The notes beneath the pieces are model-generated. The model saw nothing but the letters and a program-made list of their open reading frames with translations. It was not told where the DNA came from and did not search any database. Source: Propionibacteriaceae bacterium (GTDB lineage Bacteria > Actinomycetota > Actinomycetes > Propionibacteriales > Propionibacteriaceae). Taken from it: a stretch of 64,000 nucleotides of DNA. Positions within the stretch are counted from its first letter, which is position 1. Every line of letters starts with the position of its first letter. This document shows positions 28,340-36,822 of this stretch, piece by piece. Made by a program: the position numbers and the translations under genes. The stretch lies in contig JAISJO010000100.1 in NCBI GenBank assembly GCA_031261485.1, positions 4,491 through 68,490 of the forward strand, read 5' to 3'.

Positions 28340-29194
28340 ATGACCCTCAGTGTGGGGGCATGGCTCCTGCTGGCTGCTGCCGCCCTTGTGGTGGGGATAT
28401 CGAAGACCTCCATCGGCGGCCTCGCGTCCCTGGCCGTGGCCGCATTCGCCATGGTCTTGCCCGCCAAGGAATCCACAGCGGCGGTCCTCCTCCTGCTCAT
28501 CACTGGCGACATTGTCGCTGTTCTTCTATATCGCAAGCAGGCGGATTGGAGTCAGCTCAAGAAACTCCTGCCTGCGGTTATCCCCGGTATCGTGCTCGGC
28601 GCGGTCTTCATGAAGTTCGTGTCCGACCAGGTGCTCTTGTTATCTGTGGCAGCATGCTTGTTGATTGCTGTGGGATTGCAGGTGGGGATGAGAGTGCGTG
28701 ACGCCCGAAGGGCTGCGGTGGGGGCGAGCGCTCTCGTCGCAGGCGATGACGGGGGCTCTGACGACGATGGAGTGGCATCCGGCGCGGCCGTCGCTGAGTC
28801 CTCCCCGGCCCACGAGTCGAGTCGCGCCAAGAGTATGGCCGCGCCCATTGCCGCCGGTGTGGCGGCGGGCTTCACGACCATGGTGGCCAACGCGGCAGGA
28901 GCGGTCATGGCGCTGTACCTGCTCGCCATCAAAGCGGACAAAGCCCGATTCGTCGCCACAGGCGCATGGTTCTTCTTCCTTGTGAATCTGTCGAAAGTAC
29001 CGTTCTCCATTGGCCTGGGACTCATTCACACTCACACCCTGATCATCCTTGCCGCAGTCATTCCGGTGGTTCTCGTAGGGACGTGGATCGGGCGTACCTT
29101 CCTCAAGAAGCTCAAGCAGGGGTCGTTCGAGTGGTTGACCATCGCCGCATCCGCCTTGTCCGCAATAGTTCTGCTTCTGAAGGGGTTGCTCTAG
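28340..29194 (+). CDS. TauE/SafE family sulfite/anion exporter-like membrane protein
   Basis: A polytopic protein with N- and C-halves of similar pattern (GISKTSIGG / AGFTTMVANAAG), typical of TauE/SafE. Confidence 0.78.
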   Translation: MTLSVGAWLLLAAAALVVGISKTSIGGLASLAVAAFAMVLPAKESTAAVLLLLITGDIVAVLLYRKQADWSQLKKLLPAVIPGIVLGAVFMKFVSDQVLLLSVAACLLIAVGLQVGMRVRDARRAAVGASALVAGDDGGSDDDGVASGAAVAESSPAHESSRAKSMAAPIAAGVAAGFTTMVANAAGAVMALYLLAIKADKARFVATGAWFFFLVNLSKVPFSIGLGLIHTHTLIILAAVIPVVLVGTWIGRTFLKKLKQGSFEWLTIAASALSAIVLLLKGLL

Positions 29195-29206
29195 GGGCCG
29201 GGCGTC

Positions 29207-30283
29207 TTAGCGGTTCTTGAATAGAGTGAACAGTCGGCTTTCGCGGACGGTCCACACTGCCAGGACGGCTCCGATGAGTGACGCTGCTCCTCCGGTGACG
29301 ATGGGACGCATGCCCAGGAGGGCGATATGTCGGGTTTCTGCTTGTGCTGGGTACGCGCCGACTACAACGCCGACGAGCGCAAGGATGCACGCGGGAATGA
29401 TCCAGGACAGGGCCTCGACTAGGCACTGCACACCGAGGAAAGACTTGGGGATGCCCGCGTGGAGATCGCTGGCGTACTCCAGACGCCTCGTCGCTGTGGC
29501 GGCAATACCGATGAGGAAACCAGCAGCGGCTGTTGCTAGCGGTATCCATCGGGTCAGGCGCGTGGCGAAGCCGGTGTACCCGTCGAAAGAGGACGCGAAA
29601 GTGGGGTTGGCCTGGCTGAGTTTCACGTTCTGTGCTGTCATCATGGGGTCGCCCATGGCGGGCAGGACAGCCGTGTACGTGAGCATGGCGGTGTTCTGAC
29701 TGGGCGGCCAGATGCGTATCCAGCACTCGTCGAAAGGGGCCTGACTTGGGGTGACGGACAGAGCCGCGAAACCCAACCCGGAACGGCGGCCGTCATCGGG
29801 ATAGGGGTACGTCCCGCCGACAAGGACTGTTCCGTTGGCCAAGCCGAGAGTGTCGGGAGCGGTCAGGCCATAGCGAGCAGCCACGTTGTCGGAGACAACC
29901 AGTCCACCGGAGCCGGTTGCCGAGGCAACGCCCAAGAATCCTGGTGTCACTGAATACAGAGGTATGGGCGCTCGCGGCAGGGCGAGAGTGCGCAACCCGT
30001 CTCGCTCGGCTCGTGCGGCCCCGGCGGCCAATACCGAATCGGCGCTGCCCAATGCGTCACAAGCCTCGCCGGAAATCTGGCCGGGCGCTTCGAGAACCCA
30101 GGTGGAGCCATTGTGTTGGAGGTAGTCGGCCGCGTCATTCGTGAGGGAAGTCACCCAGGTTGTGTCCAGCCATGCGCCTGCCGCGACGACGGCCAGCAGG
30201 AGCAGGCACCAACGCACCATGTGCGTCGTCCCCGACCACACGTTGCGCCAGGCTTCCCGGAAGGCCTCTCGGAAGCGAATCAT
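29207..30283 (-). CDS. MacB/FtsX-type ABC transporter permease
   Basis: TM1 is followed by an extracytoplasmic domain of about 220 aa and three C-terminal TMs. The start overlaps the ATPase stop by 4 nt. Confidence 0.72.
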   Translation of the reverse strand: MIRFREAFREAWRNVWSGTTHMVRWCLLLLAVVAAGAWLDTTWVTSLTNDAADYLQHNGSTWVLEAPGQISGEACDALGSADSVLAAGAARAERDGLRTLALPRAPIPLYSVTPGFLGVASATGSGGLVVSDNVAARYGLTAPDTLGLANGTVLVGGTYPYPDDGRRSGLGFAALSVTPSQAPFDECWIRIWPPSQNTAMLTYTAVLPAMGDPMMTAQNVKLSQANPTFASSFDGYTGFATRLTRWIPLATAAAGFLIGIAATATRRLEYASDLHAGIPKSFLGVQCLVEALSWIIPACILALVGVVVGAYPAQAETRHIALLGMRPIVTGGAASLIGAVLAVWTVRESRLFTLFKNR

Positions 30284-31017
30284 GTTGATTGCTCCGCAAA
30301 GACGCTGGATGTGTCTGGGCCAGAGGGGACGGCTGGGTGGCTGACTCCCTCGGATTCGGCCCCTATGCCGAGAACATTGCTCGCAGGTTCGGAAGAGTCG
30401 CTGTGCGCCACTTCTCCGGCCAGGTCGATGACGTCACTACACATGGCGCGGGTGTGGGGGTCATGGGTGGCAATGACGACGATGCCTTGTCCGGCAAGAC
30501 TGCTCATGACGGCGTTCACTTCGTCTGCGGTGGTGCGATCAAGTTGGGCAGTCGGTTCGTCGATGAGGAAGACGTCAGGGGACGTCGCCAGTCCGCGCGC
30601 CAGCATGAGGCGTTGCGCTTCACCGCCCGAGAGCGCAGCGAATGGGGAGTCGGCGATGCCTTCCAAGTGGAAGCGAGTGAGCATGTCCATTGCTGCAAGA
30701 TCAGCGTCTTTGCGCTTGAAACCTTGTCCGATGTAGGCAAGGGCGACATGGTCGAGAGCGGTTCTTCGGGGGACGCCGTGAGGGTTCTGGAAGACCCAAC
30801 GAATGGTGTCAGCGTGTCGAGTCACTGTGCCTTCACTCGGGCCCAACCATCCAGCAATGATAGAAAGCAAAGTGGACTTGCCCGATCCGGATGGGCCAGT
30901 CACGGCGTACACATGCTGAGGCACCAAGTCGAAGGAGAAATCGCGGAAGAGCCAATGGTCATGCACGAACCAATGCCCCAATCCTTGTGCGGTGACGCGC
31001 GCGTCGAGGTTGGGCAT
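30280..31017 (-). CDS. ABC transporter ATP-binding protein (MacB-type)
   Basis: Walker A GPSGSGKST, signature LSGGEAQR, Walker B VFLIDEPTAQLD and an H-loop ATHD are present. Confidence 0.9.
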   Translation of the reverse strand: MPNLDARVTAQGLGHWFVHDHWLFRDFSFDLVPQHVYAVTGPSGSGKSTLLSIIAGWLGPSEGTVTRHADTIRWVFQNPHGVPRRTALDHVALAYIGQGFKRKDADLAAMDMLTRFHLEGIADSPFAALSGGEAQRLMLARGLATSPDVFLIDEPTAQLDRTTADEVNAVMSSLAGQGIVVIATHDPHTRAMCSDVIDLAGEVAHSDSSEPASNVLGIGAESEGVSHPAVPSGPDTSSVFAEQST

Positions 31018-32057
31018 CAGCAGGCCAGGTCGTTGGGCGGGTACAGGTCCACGCGAGCCGGAGGTGTGCCGGTGAAGGTGACATAGGAGGAGCCGATCTG
31101 CGAGGAGACCACCGACACGCGCAGCGGATTACCATCCCCGAGCACACAGGCCGAGCCGGAGGAGGGTCGGATGGCGGCGGCGGGGACGACAGACACGGGC
31201 ACAGGTGTGGCGAGCGTCCATTTGCCCTGGATGGAGTTGAGGGAGGAAGGGTCCATGGCATACACAATTGCTGGTGTGGTGGCGAGAGTGGACAGCGAGT
31301 CGGCATCGGTGATGGTGCCGTCCTGATTCGCGGCAATGGGGACGTCGTTGACTGTCAAGACTCTATCTCCGGCGAGGAAACCCGACAGGTCAGTTGTGAT
31401 ACGGGCGGTCACGAGAGTGGAAGCGAAGTGCGCCACGACTTGTCCCGTGGTGACCTGGGCAGCTTTGGGCACGTCACAGGAGGCGACCCCAACCGAGGGA
31501 GCGGGTAGCCAGGCGACCATAGACAGAGGAATTGTCCATCCAGGAATATCGACCCGAGCGGCACCGAGGCTGACGGCCAGATCAGCGAATGCGTTGGTGA
31601 GGGCGAGGGTCGCTGCCGCATAGGCATCCCCCGAGAAGACGCCCAAACGGGAGAGTTCACTTGCGACGGCTACGACATCGGCTCCTTGCATCCCGACGAC
31701 GATGTCGCGCCACATCGGCGTGGTCGTTGCCAGGGACACGACCGGGACGCCGTTGACCGCGAAGAGGGATTGGCCGGATGTAGATGTCCCGCCAAGGGCG
31801 CAGGACATGGACGAGACGACTCCAGAGGCGGGGGAGACCAGAGTAGATTGGGGCCCCATCGTTGCGGCAAGACTCACAGTTTGAGGGTCAGTGAAATCCA
31901 CATGGGTGACTTCCGCCGAGCCTTCCTGAGTGGGTTTGGCGAGGATGTCGGGCGGGTCATCCCACAGCCAAGCTGCTGCCCCCGCAGCCCCCGCGACGAG
32001 CAAGCACAGTCCGGTCGCCAGTGCGACGAGAACCCGAGGTCCTTTTCCTTTAGCCAT
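31017..32057 (-). CDS. membrane-anchored periplasmic-adaptor-like protein with an embedded peptidoglycan-binding-like segment
   Basis: An N-terminal TM is followed by a barrel-sandwich-like segment (GVVSS...GQSLFAVNGVPVVSL). The stretch MQGADVVAVASELSRLGVFSGD resembles a PG_binding_1 helix pair. The stop abuts the ATPase start (shared base at 31017). Confidence 0.62.
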   Translation of the reverse strand: MAKGKGPRVLVALATGLCLLVAGAAGAAAWLWDDPPDILAKPTQEGSAEVTHVDFTDPQTVSLAATMGPQSTLVSPASGVVSSMSCALGGTSTSGQSLFAVNGVPVVSLATTTPMWRDIVVGMQGADVVAVASELSRLGVFSGDAYAAATLALTNAFADLAVSLGAARVDIPGWTIPLSMVAWLPAPSVGVASCDVPKAAQVTTGQVVAHFASTLVTARITTDLSGFLAGDRVLTVNDVPIAANQDGTITDADSLSTLATTPAIVYAMDPSSLNSIQGKWTLATPVPVSVVPAAAIRPSSGSACVLGDGNPLRVSVVSSQIGSSYVTFTGTPPARVDLYPPNDLAC

Positions 32058-32169
32058 GCATCTCCTCCATCCACGTCACACTCTATCGGGTATAGCCGTT
32101 GTTCGTCGCGCGATGCCCGGCAGAGATTGGTCACGCAACATCGTTGGGTGGATGGGCAGGTCCACTAGG

Positions 32170-32190
32170 CGTCATCCTGTGCGCAGTGAT
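32170..32190. repeat. REP-like palindrome, copy d (degenerate)
   Basis: cgtcatcctgtgcgcagtgat lies between lipoprotein paralog 1 and the adaptor gene. Confidence 0.5.
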
Positions 32191-32233
32191 CCAGAATCCA
32201 TCCTCATCAGATGAATCCTGGATACCGCTATTC

Positions 32234-32839
32234 CTACTGAGCATGCAATGGGTCGTTGTTACACTCCCAGAACTTGGGATTACCCAATCCGCCAGGGAAG
32301 GTGAAGGATTCATCAATGGAATCATTGTCATAGTCTTCTGCAGTGTAACCCTCGGGTTCCAACCCGACCCTGACAAGGCACTCAGCCATCAGCACGCTGC
32401 CATCAAGCCCAGGGGGGTGAAGGACCTCATAACGTGTCATGACGAGTGCGAACCATCCGGTCTCTCCCCCACTGGAGCATTGGGTCTCCAGTTGAGCCAC
32501 TTCTTCTGCCATCATTCCTTCCGGAGCCTGGAATCCCTGTGAGCCATCATCGTTGACAGTGATGTCATTCATGCCTGCTGCCGAGAGGCAATCTATGTAG
32601 GTCTGCTTGACCGCGGCAAGTTCTTCATCAGTGACAACACCATCTGCCAAGGCTTCCACGGCCAGCGGTGCTGTTACCTCTCCACCTTCGAGCACGTGGG
32701 AACTTGGACTAACACCGTCCGAGTTACCAGTTGATCCCGAACATCCCGAAAGGAGTAGAACTGGCGCAACGAGAAAACAAATGACAACTGTTCTCACGCG
32801 GACTCGCTGCAAGCAAGACATCCGATAATGCGGCGACAT
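32234..32839 (-). CDS. predicted lipoprotein, four-Cys DPLHAQ-tail family, paralog 1
   Basis: Lipobox LLLSGC. Shared motifs are ADGVVTDEE, CLSAAG, GWF, ECLVRVGLEPEGYTAEDY and the C-terminal WECNNDPLHAQ. Confidence 0.7.
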   Translation of the reverse strand: MSPHYRMSCLQRVRVRTVVICFLVAPVLLLSGCSGSTGNSDGVSPSSHVLEGGEVTAPLAVEALADGVVTDEELAAVKQTYIDCLSAAGMNDITVNDDGSQGFQAPEGMMAEEVAQLETQCSSGGETGWFALVMTRYEVLHPPGLDGSVLMAECLVRVGLEPEGYTAEDYDNDSIDESFTFPGGLGNPKFWECNNDPLHAQ

Positions 32840-32870
32840 GAAGTTAACTCGATCTGCAATGTCAAATCAC

Positions 32871-33191
32871 TCAACGCCATACAATCTGGCCTAATCCCGA
32901 CCTGGCTCCAGAACGGTAGATGGAGGGCAAGACCGTGTTTTGGGACCAGTTCCCCTTCGTGACGAATGGGCCTGTGTAGAAATACTGGAATGTGCTTTGC
33001 TCATAAGCCGCGACGGTGGTGTTGCAGTTTACATTCTTGGCGCTGTACTGAGCAATCTCGACTTGGCAGGTGGGACTAGAGGCGGGCATAGACATGGCTG
33101 ATGCGGTCACGACCCCGGCGACGCCGAGGCTGGATGCAGCTAGGGCTGCTGCCGATGCGGCGATTGCGATGCGTTTCTTGAAGGTTTTCAT
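32871..33191 (-). CDS. small secreted two-Cys protein (106-aa precursor, about 74-aa mature)
   Basis: A Sec signal peptide (MKTFKKRIAIAASAAALAASSLGVAGVVTASA) precedes a mature part with Cys at PTCQV and NVNCN. An AAGGAGAA RBS lies 3 nt before the ATG. GC looks lower than in the neighbours. Confidence 0.65.
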   Translation of the reverse strand: MKTFKKRIAIAASAAALAASSLGVAGVVTASAMSMPASSPTCQVEIAQYSAKNVNCNTTVAAYEQSTFQYFYTGPFVTKGNWSQNTVLPSIYRSGARSGLGQIVWR

Positions 33192-33211
33192 GGGTTCTCC
33201 TTATGTAGTTT

Positions 33212-33231
33212 GGATTGACTAGTGTCAATCC
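33212..33231. promoter_or_regulatory. perfect palindrome GGATTGAC-TAGT-GTCAATCC upstream of the small secreted protein gene
   Basis: 8-bp arms lie 21-40 nt upstream of the ATG at 33191, inside the only markedly AT-rich intergenic stretch of the window. Confidence 0.55.
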
Positions 33232-33409
33232 TTAGGTTGAGAGGGTCAGGTCTGCTTCTTTCGAAATCCGCTTGTTCCCCATCTGCGACGCTACTGGGGG
33301 GGCAAGTGAGTGTCAAGACCCGATAGGTAACAGTCTCATAACACTTATTGATAGTTTAGTTTACTAACAAATACCTGTGCCTTGATGGACATTGGTTGTT
33401 CGGCGACCC

Positions 33410-34057
33410 TCACTGGGCATGCAGCGGGTCGAAGTTACACGCACGGAACTTTTGTCCTTCGGGAGTTTCTTGATTCTCGAGATAGGGAATGAAATGGGCA
33501 TTCTCCAAGTCCGACATGTACTGCTCGGCGGTGTATCCCTCAGATTCCAGACCAACTCGGACTAGGCATTCCACCATGAGGTCAGCGATATCCTGATTCT
33601 CAGGATTCCTCGTCATTTGGGTGTAGAGCCAGCCTATGGTGGACCAGCTCGTCTGCACCTCACATTGTTGCTGCAGCTCACCGGTTCGTTGGGTGAGAAC
33701 TTCAAACGACTCGCCATCCTCTTGGGGTGGACGAATGTTTGCCGAGCCGTCAGGGTTGAGTTCCAAGACCACACATCCCAGGTTCTCCAGACACTCCTTC
33801 TGCGCCGCTCTGACCTCTTCCATTTCCTCGTCAGTGATGACACCATCCGCCAAGATGGCCTTGGCTACCGGACTAGACACGTTTTCATATGCTTGTTGTA
33901 ACTCGATAGCCCACGGCCCGGAAAAGCCGGGGGTGGCATCATCCACTTCCGAAGCGCACCCAACCAAGCCCAGTACTAACGCCACAGAGGTGGCTATCCA
34001 AAGGGTCAACATGGCGCGCACACGATGGCTATCCGCCACTTGTCGTCTGAATGCCAT
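33410..34057 (-). CDS. predicted lipoprotein, four-Cys DPLHAQ-tail family, paralog 2
   Basis: Lipobox GLVGC. Motifs are FSGPW, ADGVITDEE, ECLENLG, GWL, ECLVRVGLESEGYTAEQY and the C-terminal ACNFDPLHAQ. Confidence 0.7.
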   Translation of the reverse strand: MAFRRQVADSHRVRAMLTLWIATSVALVLGLVGCASEVDDATPGFSGPWAIELQQAYENVSSPVAKAILADGVITDEEMEEVRAAQKECLENLGCVVLELNPDGSANIRPPQEDGESFEVLTQRTGELQQQCEVQTSWSTIGWLYTQMTRNPENQDIADLMVECLVRVGLESEGYTAEQYMSDLENAHFIPYLENQETPEGQKFRACNFDPLHAQ

Positions 34058-34141
34058 CTTGTTCCTTACCGCCAGTGTCAGGCTATCGCATTTGTAGTGA
34101 CCGCCCTGGTGGAGCCGGGGGTGTTGGCCATTCGGTGGTCC

Positions 34142-34756
34142 CTACTGGGCGTGGAGGGGGTCGTTCTGGCATTCCCAGAGCTTCGGGTTGTCGGCTATGT
34201 CGGAGAACGCATTGTCGCCACTGTATTCGTTGTTCAAGTCGGCAAGACTGTACCCTTCTGGTCGCAATCCGAGCCTGACTAGGCAGTCTGCGGTCAACTG
34301 GTCTTTGTCGACATTGTCGGGGTTGGTACGCACATTGTTGTACAGCATGTTGACTGGGAACCACCCTGTGTCGTCCTCGCATGCCCTCTCTTGAGCATTC
34401 ACAGTTGCTGCGTCGCTGCCCGGAGGAATGGAAATCCCGAGTTGGCCGTACTCGCTGATTCGAACCTCGGTCAGGCCAGCAGCCTCAAGGCACTCACGAA
34501 ACCTGTCATTGATCTCGGCTGCCTCAGCCTCAGTGATGACTCCATCGCACAGTATCTCCCGGACGATGCTCACCGAAGTGTGCGCATACGCCTTCGAGAA
34601 GTCATCCTTCCATGGCCCCGAGAACTCAGGCATGTCGGTCGCCAACACACAGGACATTGCCGGCAAGGATGGTGTGTCTGGTACAGGAGACGAGCAGCCC
34701 GACAGCGCACCTATGGCCATGCATAGGCACGCAAGCAGGTGAATCCTCCGTCTCAT
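34142..34756 (-). CDS. predicted lipoprotein, four-Cys DPLHAQ-tail family, paralog 3
   Basis: Lipobox ALSGC. Motifs are FSGPW, CDGVITEAE, ECLEAAG, GWF, DCLVRLGLRPEGYSLADL and the C-terminal WECQNDPLHAQ. Confidence 0.7.
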   Translation of the reverse strand: MRRRIHLLACLCMAIGALSGCSSPVPDTPSLPAMSCVLATDMPEFSGPWKDDFSKAYAHTSVSIVREILCDGVITEAEAAEINDRFRECLEAAGLTEVRISEYGQLGISIPPGSDAATVNAQERACEDDTGWFPVNMLYNNVRTNPDNVDKDQLTADCLVRLGLRPEGYSLADLNNEYSGDNAFSDIADNPKLWECQNDPLHAQ

Positions 34757-34892
34757 AGCAACACTGTAGTCCTATTGGGTATGCCGCAGGCCGCTATCCT
34801 GGGCCGTTTCCCTGTGCGAAGTCGCGGGGCGCAGGATCTACTCGACCAACATCACCGGCAGTATCCACTCGACCTGGCATCCCCTCCACATA

Positions 34893-35028
34893 ACCCATCC
34901 GCAAACGTGCCCGATTTGTGCCTTGTTGTCGGTTGAGGATGGGTAATGTCGCCAAAATCGGCCGTGAGACGACATTTCCCATCCGTAAACGTCGCGGACG
35001 GGTCCGAGCGGTCCGTTTGAGGATGGGC
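34893..35028. repeat. two tandem copies (about 85-bp period) of a 52-nt hairpin-forming element
   Basis: Copy 1 (34893..34944) is ACCCATCCGCAAACG-N22-CGGTTGAGGATGGGT. Copy 2 (34977..35028) is TCCCATCCGTAAACG-N20-TCCGTTTGAGGATGGGC. The outer stem CCCATCC/GGATGGG is conserved. Confidence 0.8.
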
Positions 35029-35138
35029 TATGCGTGAAAAGTGGAAGTGTCCACTCGGCCTGCCGCAACTCATCTTCTTGAGTCCGTACGGCGGTCGTCG
35101 TTCGGGCTGTGCGCGAACCTGTGGCATAGGCTGGTGCA

Positions 35139-35522
35139 ATGAACATCGCAATTTCCACGAGCAGCGCCCCCGCCGCCATCGGACCGTACTCCCAAGCAGT
35201 GGACACAGGAAGACTCATCTTTGTCTCCGGGCAACTGGGGTTGGACCCGGCAACCGGGGACTTTGCTGGGGCAGGAGTGGCCGAACAAGCAAAGCAGGCG
35301 CTCTCCAACCTGGAAGCGATTCTGGTCGAAGCGGGGTTGGGACTTACCGATGTGGTCAAGGCGACCGTCTTCCTGAAGGACATGGCGGACTTTGCCGTTG
35401 TCAATCAGGTGTACGCCGAGCGCTTCACTGGCCCGATTCTGCCCGCACGTTCAGCAGTACAGGTCGCGGCGCTACCCAAGGGTGGCCTGGTCGAGATTGA
35501 AGCCATCGCGGTGCGAGGCTAG
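35139..35522 (+). CDS. ridA: RidA family reactive-intermediate deaminase
   Basis: [20 protein letters not shown] and [20 protein letters not shown] are YjgF/RidA signatures. Confidence 0.88.
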   Translation: MNIAISTSSAPAAIGPYSQAVDTGRLIFVSGQLGLDPATGDFAGAGVAEQAKQALSNLEAILVEAGLGLTDVVKATVFLKDMADFAVVNQVYAERFTGPILPARSAVQVAALPKGGLVEIEAIAVRG

Positions 35523-36793
35523 TCAGTGATTCCCTGGCCGCGTGGCGGGTGTTCCCACACGGATGAGATTGGCAAGTAGTGCAGGCGAGAACCCAGAGTC
35601 ATGCCTTCGGAACCGGTTCCCAGGACAATGCCAGCGATGAGTCGGTCTCCAAGTCGTTCGGCAAAGTACCGCAGACTTGTGAAGGCGCTCGCTGGGTGGC
35701 TGGCGGTGGTCTTGACTTCGACAAGGACGACGCGGCCATCCGCGTATTCGATGACAAGGTCCACTTCGGTCCCAGTCTTGTCTCGATAGTGGAACAGGCG
35801 TGCGCGTTCAGCGGACCACGATAACTGTTTCGCCAATTCTGAGGCCACGAAACCTTCCATGAGTCCGCCAATGGCTGGATTGGCAAGTACGGGCGCTAGT
35901 TGTTGTTCGGTCAGGGCGCTCAACCAGGCTGCCACTGCTGAGTCAGTGACCCATGCTTTGGGGCGCCCGATTTCTCTCCGCGTCAGATTCGCGGTCCATG
36001 GATGTACCTCGCTGACAAGGAAGAGGTTCTTCAGTGTGTCGAGGTAATTGGTCATGGAAGACTCGGACACACCTGCTTGATTGGCGACACGTGACTTCAC
36101 CAACTCACCCGACTGATTCGCCGCAAGCAGACGAAGCACTGACTCCAGTCTGTTCGGGGACAAGTGGCGAATGTCCTGTGCGTCTCGCTGCAATAGACCG
36201 AGGACATAGGTGTCCAGCCACATGTCTCGATGGTGGTCAGTCATTGTTCGAAGTTCTGGGTATCCACCTCGCAATATCGCCTGAACGTACTGTTGTCGTG
36301 CCCACGATGAATGGACCTCCGCCGGCTTGAATGAGTCGCCACGAATCCAGTGAGCGAAGTCTTCGACCTGTCCTGCCAACTCACCTTGGCTCAAGCCACA
36401 TAGAGTCACGTTGATTGAGCGCCCAACGAGTGAATCGGGGCTGCCAGGCATGTGAAGGAGGTCAGACGAGCCTGTGAGAATGAACCGTCCAGGGCGTCGC
36501 AGACGGTCAACGGCGGCCTTGACGGCAAGAATCGCTTTGGGTTCGCGCTGTACTTCGTCCAGCACCACCGTCTCGTCGGGATACTGTTCAAGGAAAGCTC
36601 GTGCGTCCTCGGCGAGAATCGTCCGTACGTCATCATCATCCAAGGTGAACATCCTGTGGGGTCGGTTGGCGACGAGCTGAGCAGCGAAAGTGGATTTTCC
36701 GACCTGCCTGGCACCTTGGATGACCAAAAGGGGGAAGGCATCGAGGGCACTAGTTGCGGTGTCGTAGAGATTGCGTCTGAGGAGCTTTTCCAT
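35519..36793 (-). CDS. AAA-superfamily ATPase with a DUF4143-type C-terminal domain
   Basis: Walker [11 protein letters not shown], Walker B VVLDEVQ and a C-terminal segment with a restriction-endonuclease-like pattern ([19 protein letters not shown]) match COG1373-like proteins. Confidence 0.78.
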   Translation of the reverse strand: MEKLLRRNLYDTATSALDAFPLLVIQGARQVGKSTFAAQLVANRPHRMFTLDDDDVRTILAEDARAFLEQYPDETVVLDEVQREPKAILAVKAAVDRLRRPGRFILTGSSDLLHMPGSPDSLVGRSINVTLCGLSQGELAGQVEDFAHWIRGDSFKPAEVHSSWARQQYVQAILRGGYPELRTMTDHHRDMWLDTYVLGLLQRDAQDIRHLSPNRLESVLRLLAANQSGELVKSRVANQAGVSESSMTNYLDTLKNLFLVSEVHPWTANLTRREIGRPKAWVTDSAVAAWLSALTEQQLAPVLANPAIGGLMEGFVASELAKQLSWSAERARLFHYRDKTGTEVDLVIEYADGRVVLVEVKTTASHPASAFTSLRYFAERLGDRLIAGIVLGTGSEGMTLGSRLHYLPISSVWEHPPRGQGITD

Positions 36794-36822
36794 GAGGCAA
36801 CACTAGCACCTGACAAGAAATT

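Noticed and set aside
32871-33191. Assignment of the small secreted protein to the lactococcin 972 family
   Set aside because: The context (ABC/FtsX genes) is suggestive. I could not see sequence similarity to lactococcin 972 as I recall it, and lactococcin 972 has no Cys. I kept this only as a hypothesis to test.
34838-35404. 188-aa minus-strand ORF
   Set aside because: It largely overlaps ridA in antisense. Its remainder covers the hairpin-repeat intergenic region, so it is most likely non-coding.
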